Origin: an uncultured Eubacteriales bacterium
Lineage (GTDB): Bacteria > Bacillota > Clostridia > Oscillospirales > Acutalibacteraceae
Length of the DNA: 64,000 nt
Direction of reading: 5' to 3'
NCBI GenBank assembly: GCA_934486895.1
Contig: CAKSQZ010000005.1
Span: forward strand, 5,147 to 69,146
Shown here: positions 56,932-64,000 of the stretch, piece by piece
Layout of the letters: the number at the start of each line of letters is the position of its first letter
Numbering within the stretch: position 1 is the first letter of the stretch
Notes under the pieces: model-generated
Database searches by the model: none
Told to the model about the DNA's origin: nothing
Seen by the model: the letters and a program-made list of their open reading frames with translations, nothing else
Made by a program: the position numbers and the translations under genes

Positions 56932-57813
56932 TCAGATACCGTCGTACAGCCCTTCGTCTGCCATTTTGTTCATTGCATCGCAGACATTCTTTTTATCTTC
57001 CTTGTATGTAACGCCGTACCACTTCTCTTCGGCGACAAGCACGCGCACACGCTTTTTATCCGTTTTGATAAGTTCGGACACGACAGACGGAAGATAATAC
57101 TCCGCCTTCGGCACATTCAGCTTTTCATCCAAAAACTTTTCAAAGCCGTGCTGTGCGTAGTCGAACAGATCGGGAGTGAATCCCCAGAGGTTCATTGAAA
57201 CGACTGTATCGGGTGCCATATTGATCCATGTCGCTCCGTCATCCTCGGTATATTTGCAATCGACTATTTTTGTCCGCTCTGTCACCGATTTAAGATAGCC
57301 GTTATCCATTTCGCAGACACCTCGCGATACCGAGCCGTTCTCGGTCAAGGTATTTGCAAGGCGGAAACCGACCATGCAATAGTCGTCACTGCCGCTCTTC
57401 AGAAAATCCGCTATCTGCCTGAATGCGGACTTGCCGTAATAATCATCGGCGTTTATAACTGCAAACGGCTCATTGACGACATCTTTACAGCACAAAACGG
57501 CATGAGCCGTGCCCCACGGCTTAACACGGTCGCTCGGGCAGACATAGCCGCTCGGCAAAGCGTTTGTTTCCTGGTAGACATACTCCGTTTTGACCATTTT
57601 CTCTATATGCTTTGCAGTGACCGCTTTGAAATCTTCCTCAATAGCGTGTTTTATAACAAAGACAACTTTATTAAATCCTGCTTTTACAGCGTCATATATA
57701 GAATAGTCAAGCAAGATCTCTCCGTTTTTTCCGATCGGTTCGATCTGCTTGAGTCCGCCGAAACGGCTGCCCATTCCCGCAGCCATTACAACGAGTGTTA
57801 TATCCTTATTCAT
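56932..57813 (-). CDS. Sugar-1-phosphate nucleotidyltransferase family protein
   Basis: N-terminal LVVMAAGMGSRFGGLKQ signature. Start trimmed to MNKDITL. Confidence 0.8.
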   Translation of the reverse strand: MNKDITLVVMAAGMGSRFGGLKQIEPIGKNGEILLDYSIYDAVKAGFNKVVFVIKHAIEEDFKAVTAKHIEKMVKTEYVYQETNALPSGYVCPSDRVKPWGTAHAVLCCKDVVNEPFAVINADDYYGKSAFRQIADFLKSGSDDYCMVGFRLANTLTENGSVSRGVCEMDNGYLKSVTERTKIVDCKYTEDDGATWINMAPDTVVSMNLWGFTPDLFDYAQHGFEKFLDEKLNVPKAEYYLPSVVSELIKTDKKRVRVLVAEEKWYGVTYKEDKKNVCDAMNKMADEGLYDGI

Positions 57814-57970
57814 TTTGCTACCTCGCTTTATCTTATTGTTCGGGTACATATTCGTATTTTACCACCGTGCGAAAACATTGTCAAGCGTCAGACGGTTTTT
57901 GTGCCGATATTGAAGCATTGTTATATATAACGGATTTTTGAGATTAATTTACGAAACTCCGAAAAAAATC

Positions 57971-57999
57971 TTGACAAAATGCCGCGCAGAGTATATAAT
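57971..57999 (+). promoter_or_regulatory. Consensus promoter TTGACA-17-TATAAT for rpsF-ssb-rpsR
   Basis: TTGACA at 57971-57976, TATAAT at 57994-57999. Confidence 0.65.
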
Positions 58000-58028
58000 T
58001 ATTCAGTCGGATCATATCCGGCTTCCTT

Positions 58029-58050
58029 GCTCTGCAATTCAGTGCAGAGC
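58029..58050 (+). promoter_or_regulatory. Hairpin in the rpsF 5' UTR (possible S6:S18-binding leader element)
   Basis: GCTCTGCA-ATTCAG-TGCAGAGC perfect 8-bp stem, 11 nt before the SD. An S6:S18-responsive rpsF leader is known in bacteria. Confidence 0.4.
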
Positions 58051-58076
58051 CAAAGTCCAAAAGGAGGTGTTTGTCA

Positions 58077-58358
58077 ATGGCTATCGCTTATGAAACCGTT
58101 CTCGTTTTTTCGCTTAAAAACGGGGAGGACGCAGCTAAGGCTCTCTGTGAGAAGTTCAAGGAGAGAATCGCTGCGAGCGGTGCAGTAAAGGAAGTTGACG
58201 AATGGGGTAAGCGCAGACTCGCTTACGCTATCAACTACGAGACCGAAGGCTACTATGTCGTTATCAATCACGACAGCGAGCCCGAATTCGTTTCCGAGCT
58301 GTCCCGTGTCCTCAATATCACTGACGGTGTTTTGAGATACCTGACGGTTAAGAAGTAA
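58077..58358 (+). CDS. rpsF: 30S ribosomal protein S6
   Basis: MAIAYETVLVF...WGKRRLAYAI... ATG lies 9 nt after AGGAGG. Confidence 0.95.
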   Translation: MAIAYETVLVFSLKNGEDAAKALCEKFKERIAASGAVKEVDEWGKRRLAYAINYETEGYYVVINHDSEPEFVSELSRVLNITDGVLRYLTVKK

Positions 58359-58386
58359 GAAACAATTTTTAAAGGATGGTGCAAAT

Positions 58387-58827
58387 ATGCTTAATGTGAT
58401 CGCAATCATGGGTCGTCTGACAGACAACCCCGAACTTAAGACCACCAACAGCGGGCTTGATGTTACAACATTCACCGTTGCTGTTGACAGAAGGTATGCA
58501 AGCGGGGGCGAAAGACAGACTGATTTCATCAATGTCGTTGCCTGGAGACAGACAGCCAAGTTTGTCTGCAATTATTTCCGCAAGGGTCAGATGATCGCTG
58601 TGAACGGTTCGCTGCAGCAGCGCAGCTACACCGATCGCGACGGAAACAAACGCACCGTCTATGAAGTCGTTGCGGATAATGTAAGCTTCTGCGGATCTAA
58701 AACCGAGAATGCCGGCGACCAGTCGTATTCCGCACCGACTGTGAAGGAATCCCCTGCTTCGTTTTCCAATGTAGACGCAGGCGATTTCGAGGAGATCGCT
58801 GTTGACGACGGCGATTATCCGTTCTGA
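58387..58827 (+). CDS. ssb: Single-stranded DNA-binding protein
   Basis: OB-fold N-terminus MLNVIAIMGRLTDNPELK and acidic tail ...DDGDYPF. Confidence 0.95.
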   Translation: MLNVIAIMGRLTDNPELKTTNSGLDVTTFTVAVDRRYASGGERQTDFINVVAWRQTAKFVCNYFRKGQMIAVNGSLQQRSYTDRDGNKRTVYEVVADNVSFCGSKTENAGDQSYSAPTVKESPASFSNVDAGDFEEIAVDDGDYPF

Positions 58828-58869
58828 TTTTTTGAATTTTCGTTACTCTATATAAGGAGGTCAAGTTAA

Positions 58870-59199
58870 ATGGAAAACGTTGAAAACGTTGCAGTTGAGG
58901 CGCAGTCGGAAGTTAAGACCGAGGCTCCGAAGGCTGAGAGATCCGAGCGTCCCGAGCGCAGCGAGAGACCTGTCCGCAACTTCAGAAAGGGCAGAAAGAA
59001 AGTTTGCTCGTTCTGTGTTGACAGACAGCACACCGAGATCGATTATAAGGATGTTGCAAAGCTCAAGAGATACATCTCCGAGCGTTCCAAGATCCTTCCC
59101 CGCCGTGTAACCGGCACCTGCACCCGTCATCAGAGAGAATTGACTGTTGCTATCAAGCGCGCAAGACATCTTGCACTTATTCCGTTTGTAAGCGACTAA
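58870..59199 (+). CDS. rpsR: 30S ribosomal protein S18 with an N-terminal Glu/Arg-rich extension
   Basis: Core ...[50 protein letters not shown]. Confidence 0.95.
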   Translation: MENVENVAVEAQSEVKTEAPKAERSERPERSERPVRNFRKGRKKVCSFCVDRQHTEIDYKDVAKLKRYISERSKILPRRVTGTCTRHQRELTVAIKRARHLALIPFVSD

Positions 59200-59223
59200 G
59201 CGGCGATGCATATTTTCAAAACA

Positions 59224-59261
59224 AACGACCGATCATCTTCGCGGTGATTCGGTCGTTTTTG
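59224..59261 (+). terminator. Rho-independent terminator of the rpsF operon
   Basis: AACGACCGA.../...TCGGTCGTT stem followed by TTT. Confidence 0.7.
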
Positions 59262-59287
59262 CTTGACACACAAATGACGATGACATA

Positions 59288-59316
59288 TTGACTTTTTAGG
59301 CAAAAAAGGTTATAAT
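59288..59316 (+). promoter_or_regulatory. Promoter TTGACT-17-TATAAT for the LicD/tar operon
   Basis: TTGACT at 59288-59293, TATAAT at 59311-59316. Confidence 0.6.
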
Positions 59317-59337
59317 TATAGTGCAGATGTCGCAGGT

Positions 59338-59371
59338 CCTGCCCATTGCAAGCAAGGCGGGGCTTTGTTTT
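59338..59371 (+). terminator. Terminator-like hairpin inside the 5' leader of the LicD/tar operon (possible attenuator)
   Basis: CCTGCCC-N11-GGCGGGG stem followed by CTTTGTTTT, 29 nt before the licD ATG. Confidence 0.4.
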
Positions 59372-59399
59372 GATTTAAATAATAACGGGAGTTACATAA

Positions 59400-60275
59400 A
59401 TGGGAAACACACTGATATCGCCTGACAATGTTCGCAAAATGCAGCTTAAAGGGCTTGAAATGGCACTCTTTTTCGATAAATTCTGCGAAGAACACGGGCT
59501 GACATATTTCTTCTGCGGCGGTTGCTGTATCGGCGCGATCCGCCATGGCGGCTTTGTCCCATGGGATGATGATGTCGATGTTTTCATGCCGAGAGATGAT
59601 TATGAAAAGCTCAAAGAGATCTGGCAGGACACCGAGGAGTATTCAATACAATACACGACAGAGGATTTTCTGACAGAAAATCAGTTTCTTACGATCTGTG
59701 CGAACAACACGACATTTATCAAGACCTACCAGAAAGACCTTGATATGAATCACGGGCTTGTGCTTGATGTATTGCCGCTCGACGGCTGTCCGACCGGTAT
59801 GCGCCGCAAACTTCAAAAGATGTGGGCGTTGCTTTATTCGCTGTTTATTGTGGGGAAAGCGCCTGATAATCACGGCGGTGCCGTTCGGCTCATCGGCAAG
59901 ATCGCGCTCGGAGTTATCCGCACTCGGAAGATGAGATACAAAATGTGGCGTATGTGCGAGCGGAAAATGACAAAATATAAAATATCCGACTGCGATAAAA
60001 TAACCGAGCTTTGCTCAGGTCCGCATTATATGCAAAACGAATATCCGAAGCGCATTTTTGAAAGAGCGGTGCGCTATGAATTTGAGGGACATGATTTTCC
60101 GCTTCCTATCGGATACGATGAGTATCTGAGAATGGCATTCGGCGATTATATGCAGCTTCCGCCGGAGGATAAGCAGGTCTGCCACCACGAGTTTGAATTT
60201 ATGGATATGGACCACAGCTACAAGGATTATAAGGGAAAATATTATTGCGTAAAGGAAGAAAAACAAAGTGACTGA
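59400..60275 (+). CDS. LicD-family phosphotransferase (paralogue 1)
   Basis: LicD signature ...FFCGGCCIGAIRHGGFVPWDDDVDVFMPRDDY...LPLDG. Confidence 0.85.
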   Translation: MGNTLISPDNVRKMQLKGLEMALFFDKFCEEHGLTYFFCGGCCIGAIRHGGFVPWDDDVDVFMPRDDYEKLKEIWQDTEEYSIQYTTEDFLTENQFLTICANNTTFIKTYQKDLDMNHGLVLDVLPLDGCPTGMRRKLQKMWALLYSLFIVGKAPDNHGGAVRLIGKIALGVIRTRKMRYKMWRMCERKMTKYKISDCDKITELCSGPHYMQNEYPKRIFERAVRYEFEGHDFPLPIGYDEYLRMAFGDYMQLPPEDKQVCHHEFEFMDMDHSYKDYKGKYYCVKEEKQSD

Positions 60276-61164
60276 ATATACAGGCAAGCCGGCGGTCGTC
60301 CCGCCCGACGATCTCGATCGGCTCCGCAGAAAAGGGCTTGAGATCCTGCTTTATTTTAAAGAGATCTGCGAGAAAAACGATCTTAAATTTTATTTTTGCG
60401 GCGGCTGCTGCATCGGTGCGATCCGCCACAAAGGGTTTATCCCGTGGGACGATGACGTCGATGTTTTCATGCCGAGAGACGATTATGAAAAGCTCAAGGA
60501 CATTTGGAACGAACAAGCCGACACCGAGCGTTACAGCTATGTCAGAACAGACGAACACGATTTCACACGCCTTTTGTTTGCGATGATCTCGGATAATGAC
60601 ACGACATTTATAAAAACACGGCAATGGGATCTCGACACAAACCACGGCGTCAGAATAGATATTCTGCCGCTCGACGGCTGCCCGAATTCGCGTTTTAAGC
60701 GCAAAATGCAGATAATGTGGGCGCTTGTTTATTCGATGTTTATGACGCGTGAACCGCACGAATCAAAAGGCAAGGCGCTGAAGATCATCAGCAAAATAAT
60801 GCTTGCTCTTGCGATAACGGACAAAAATCGCTACCGCATTGCGAAATTTGCCGAGCGAAAAATGTCGAAATATAAGATCGAGGATTGCGACAAGATCACC
60901 GAGCTTTGTGCTTGGTATCAATATATGGTCAATGAATATCCGAAATCGGCTTTTGAGAGCCAGCTTTATGTTGACTTTGAAGGCTATAAGCTGCCGATAC
61001 CCGTCGGGTATGACGATTATCTCAAAATGGCGTTCGGCGACTATATGCAGCTTCCGCCGGAGGATAAGCAGGTTGCGAAGCATGATCTTGTTTATTATAA
61101 CCTTGAAGAAGGATATAAGAAGTTTAAAGGAAAATACTATTGCGTAAAGGATGGTAACAAATGA
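60268..61164 (+). CDS. LicD-family phosphotransferase (paralogue 2)
   Basis: Same signature as paralogue 1. GTG start overlaps the upstream stop (GTGACTGA). Long stretches are nearly identical to paralogue 1 at the DNA level. Confidence 0.85.
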   Translation: MTEYTGKPAVVPPDDLDRLRRKGLEILLYFKEICEKNDLKFYFCGGCCIGAIRHKGFIPWDDDVDVFMPRDDYEKLKDIWNEQADTERYSYVRTDEHDFTRLLFAMISDNDTTFIKTRQWDLDTNHGVRIDILPLDGCPNSRFKRKMQIMWALVYSMFMTREPHESKGKALKIISKIMLALAITDKNRYRIAKFAERKMSKYKIEDCDKITELCAWYQYMVNEYPKSAFESQLYVDFEGYKLPIPVGYDDYLKMAFGDYMQLPPEDKQVAKHDLVYYNLEEGYKKFKGKYYCVKDGNK

Positions 61165-61877
61165 TATTTGGTGCAATTTTGGCAGGCGGTACAGGTTCGA
61201 GAATGAACATTCCCGATATGCCCAAGCAGTTTCTTCCGCTCGGCGACAAGCCGATAATCGTTCACACGCTTGAAAAATTTCTGACGGTGAGCCGTTTTGA
61301 CAGAGTTTATATCGGCGTTCATCCAGATTGGGTGAACTATATGCAGGATCTTGCGAAGAAGTATGTGCCGTCAAGTCTTGACAGAGTTTGCATTATTCCC
61401 GGCGGAAAGGACAGAAACGGAACTATCCTCAATATCATCGGCGATATTGAAAAGAATTTCGGCGAGAATGATGATAATATTATCGTGACTCACGATTCGG
61501 TCCGTCCGTTTGTTACCCTTAGAATGATCGAGGAGAATATCGACGGAGCTGTCGAATTCGGCGCGACCGACACTGTTTGCGCCGCTGTTGACACTATCGT
61601 TTGCTCGACAGACGGAAAGACTATTGCGTCTATCCCCGACCGCTCGCAGATGTATCAGGGGCAGACTCCGCAGAGCTTTAAGATAAGCTTGCTCAAAAAT
61701 CTTTACAATTCCCTTTCCGATGATGAAAAAGCTATTATGACCGACGCTTGCAAGATCTGCGTTGTCAGAGATCATCCGGTTCATCTTGTTGAAGGTTCGG
61801 TCACCAATCTGAAGATAACGACTACCGGCGACTATAAGATCGCTCAGGCTATGGTTGGGGGAATAAAAATTGATTAA
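61161..61877 (+). CDS. tarI: IspD/TarI-family cytidylyltransferase (ribitol-5-phosphate cytidylyltransferase by context)
   Basis: ILAGGTGSRM...PKQFL motif. Directly followed by and overlapping a TarJ-like reductase. Confidence 0.85.
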   Translation: MIFGAILAGGTGSRMNIPDMPKQFLPLGDKPIIVHTLEKFLTVSRFDRVYIGVHPDWVNYMQDLAKKYVPSSLDRVCIIPGGKDRNGTILNIIGDIEKNFGENDDNIIVTHDSVRPFVTLRMIEENIDGAVEFGATDTVCAAVDTIVCSTDGKTIASIPDRSQMYQGQTPQSFKISLLKNLYNSLSDDEKAIMTDACKICVVRDHPVHLVEGSVTNLKITTTGDYKIAQAMVGGIKID

Positions 61878-62883
61878 CTATGTTTATCAGCTGATCAGCC
61901 CGAAGGTCTTTTCGGTCAAATACACCGATATTTCCTATTCGGACAAGGTTGTTGTCCGTCCGGAGTATCTTGCGGTGTGCCATGCGGATCAGCGTTATTT
62001 TCTCGGTCAGAGAGACATTAAGGTTTTAAACAAAAAGCTGCCTATGGCGCTTATTCATGAATGCTGCGGCAGAGTTGTTTACGATCCGTCGGGCAAGTTG
62101 AGCGTCGGTCAGCGCGTTGTTATGATACCGAACACGCCTGTTCGCAAGAACGATGTTATTTATGAAAACTATGATAAGGGTTCATATTTTCTCTCAAGCG
62201 GACATGACGGCTTTATGCGCGAGTTTATTGAGCTTGATGAAAGCAGAGTCGTGCCTTATGACAATATCGATCCGCGTGTTGCCGCTATCACCGAGTTCGT
62301 ATCGGTCGGCGTGCACGCGTCTACAAGATTTGATCTTGCGGCGCACAAAAACCGCGGCAGGATCGGTATATGGGGAGACGGAAGTCTTTCCTACACGGTC
62401 GCAAATATTTTAAAGGCGCGTTTTCCCGAAAGCCGCATTTGCATTATCGGCATGGACAGCCGCAAGCTTTCGCAGTTTTCATTCGCCGATGAGACATATC
62501 TCTCAAGCGAGATCCCCGAAGATTTCGAGATCGATCATGCTTTTGAGTGCTGCGGCGGCGAAGGCAGTTACTACGCTATCGACGATGTTATTAAATATAT
62601 AAATCCGCAGGGCACTCTGATGCTCATGGGCGTTTCCGAAAACAAGGTCGCTATAAACACCCGCATGGTGCTTGAAAAAGGTATGACGCTGGTTGGATGT
62701 TCGCGTTCGGGCAGAGCTGATTTTGAAAAGGCTGTCGAGCTGATGGAGGATCCCGATTTTCAGCGCAGAATGAAGGTTATTATCTTCGAGGACAAGCCTG
62801 TCAGAAGTATCGGCGATATTTGCAGAGTTTTCGCAAATGACCTTACTACGCCGTTTAAAACGGTATTTAAATGGGAGATGTAG
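61870..62883 (+). CDS. tarJ: Zinc-type alcohol dehydrogenase, TarJ-like ribulose-5-phosphate reductase
   Basis: MDR-fold pattern (CHADQRY, ...HECCG) and tarI coupling. Confidence 0.85.
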   Translation: MINYVYQLISPKVFSVKYTDISYSDKVVVRPEYLAVCHADQRYFLGQRDIKVLNKKLPMALIHECCGRVVYDPSGKLSVGQRVVMIPNTPVRKNDVIYENYDKGSYFLSSGHDGFMREFIELDESRVVPYDNIDPRVAAITEFVSVGVHASTRFDLAAHKNRGRIGIWGDGSLSYTVANILKARFPESRICIIGMDSRKLSQFSFADETYLSSEIPEDFEIDHAFECCGGEGSYYAIDDVIKYINPQGTLMLMGVSENKVAINTRMVLEKGMTLVGCSRSGRADFEKAVELMEDPDFQRRMKVIIFEDKPVRSIGDICRVFANDLTTPFKTVFKWEM

Positions 62884-63975
62884 ATGAAAGTCTTATTCGG
62901 ATACCTCACTGCAGAATTTAGGGGCGGTACAAAGTTTCAGCTTGATTTTGCCGAGAATTTCAAAAACATACAGGTTGGGTTTATAACTTCAAATCTACAT
63001 GTGAGCTACGAGAATCGAGTTGAAAGAGTCGGAGAAATTTATGTTATTCCCCCGACAAAAAAATATAAAAACAGACTGAATGTACTCAAAGAGCTTGCGC
63101 ATGAATACGATATTCTTTATCTTAATAAAGCAACGCTTAATCCGATCGAGCAAAGAATTGTAAAAAAAGCCGGATTTAAAAAGGTGGTTTATCATTCTCA
63201 CTCCACGGCGAAGGATGTTAAAAATCCGCTGAAAAAAGCGGTTTACTATATGCTTCACTACATGGCGAGGGCTGATATAGATAAGATAGCGGACAAAATG
63301 TATGCCTGCTCGAATGAAGCGGGGCTTTGGCTTTTCGGCGAGAAAAACAAGGATAAATTCACGATTGTGAACAACGGAATAGATGCGGATAAATTCCGCT
63401 TTGATCCCGAACTGCGCTCGAAAAAGCGCGAAGAAACGGGGCTTTCCGATTTTACGATACTGCACGCAGGCGCGTTCTCGCCTGTTAAAAATCAGAGCTA
63501 TCTTATTGAGGCATTTTCTGCTCTTTGCAAAACAAAGCCTGATTCGACTTTGCTTCTTGCCGGAAACGGTGAGCTCATGGATCACGCAAAGGAAACTGCC
63601 GAAAAGCTCGGAGTTTCGGATAAGGTACGGTTTTTGGGTCAGCGCAGCGATATGAATGAGCTTATGCAGGCAGCGGATATGTTTGTTCTGCCGTCGCTTA
63701 AAGAGGGTTTGCCGTTTTCAGCGGTTGAAGCTCAGGCGGCAGGGCTCAAATGCATTATCACCGACACGGCTTCCGCTCAGACAAAGATCACCGATCTGCT
63801 CCGATTTTTCGATGTTTCGCAGCCGCCTTCGGCTCTTGCCGAGACGATTGCAAAAGAAGCGGATTATGAACGCCGCGACACTTATGACGATATAACAAAC
63901 GGCGGCTTTAACCTTAAAGCCTGCGCCAAAAAGCTCGAAAACGAGCTTTTTGCTCTTTGCTGTGAAAGCAGCTAA
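62884..63975 (+). CDS. Glycosyltransferase family 4 (GT-B, GT1-like)
   Basis: C-terminal EGLPFSAVEAQAAGL (E-x7-E) motif. Its ATG abuts the tarJ stop. Confidence 0.85.
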   Translation: MKVLFGYLTAEFRGGTKFQLDFAENFKNIQVGFITSNLHVSYENRVERVGEIYVIPPTKKYKNRLNVLKELAHEYDILYLNKATLNPIEQRIVKKAGFKKVVYHSHSTAKDVKNPLKKAVYYMLHYMARADIDKIADKMYACSNEAGLWLFGEKNKDKFTIVNNGIDADKFRFDPELRSKKREETGLSDFTILHAGAFSPVKNQSYLIEAFSALCKTKPDSTLLLAGNGELMDHAKETAEKLGVSDKVRFLGQRSDMNELMQAADMFVLPSLKEGLPFSAVEAQAAGLKCIITDTASAQTKITDLLRFFDVSQPPSALAETIAKEADYERRDTYDDITNGGFNLKACAKKLENELFALCCESS

Positions 63976-64000
63976 TAACATACGTGTTTTTCGGCAGCTT

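Overview
This 64-kb chromosomal window comes from a moderate-GC, spore-forming anaerobic Firmicute of the class Clostridia. A dockerin-bearing secreted protein, YpeB, [FeFe] hydrogenases, Rex and AdhE suggest a Ruminococcus/Oscillospiraceae-like cellulosome producer, but that taxonomic call is inference only.

Layout:
- 1-3991: right end of an integrated temperate phage. It holds early genes, a divergent cro/cI-like switch, a membrane 'moron' and a tyrosine integrase. It ends in a tRNA 3'-fragment (attR) followed by the host terminator.
- 4.0-5.2 kb: a small accessory patch of tiny proteins and a decayed ORF.
- 5.2-11.7 kb: a TIGR04076 protein, cdd, an OmpR/His-kinase pair, and divergently a coupled VTC-domain / DUF4956 / beta-helix lipoprotein operon.
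- 11.7-21.6 kb: housekeeping and cell-wall/spore genes (rarA, glyA, M15 and M14 peptidases, DUF1015, NUDIX, ypeB, a lysozyme-SH3b-dockerin protein, rplS).
- 21.8-31.6 kb: one-strand redox block of rex, LysR, adhE, an APH-fold kinase, a [2Fe-2S] ferredoxin, the PAS-containing sensory hydrogenase HydS, a PP2C phosphatase and a catalytic-type [FeFe] hydrogenase.
- 31.8-46.2 kb: aminotransferase, ECF S-component plus MocR regulator, mnmA, MATE, copA/csoR, GH16, and the aspartate kinase-hom-ACT operon.
- 46.6-53.8 kb: tsf-rpsB and purC-purF-purB-guaA.
- 53.8-54.7 kb: an unexplained ~0.9-kb non-coding stretch.
- 54.7-64 kb: rpsF-ssb-rpsR and the start of a ribitol-phosphate glycopolymer locus (2x LicD, tarI, tarJ, GT4).

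I saw no rRNA, complete tRNA, CRISPR array or transposase.

The most interesting items:
- The hydrogen/redox-sensing block, together with a paired ATATCGATAT palindrome present upstream of both rex and adhE.
- The TCS-linked VTC/DUF4956/lipoprotein operon.
- Several orphan non-coding signals: a candidate sRNA, a pur leader with a uORF and terminator, and the gap downstream of guaA.

All protein-family calls come from motif recognition by eye. No database search was run.
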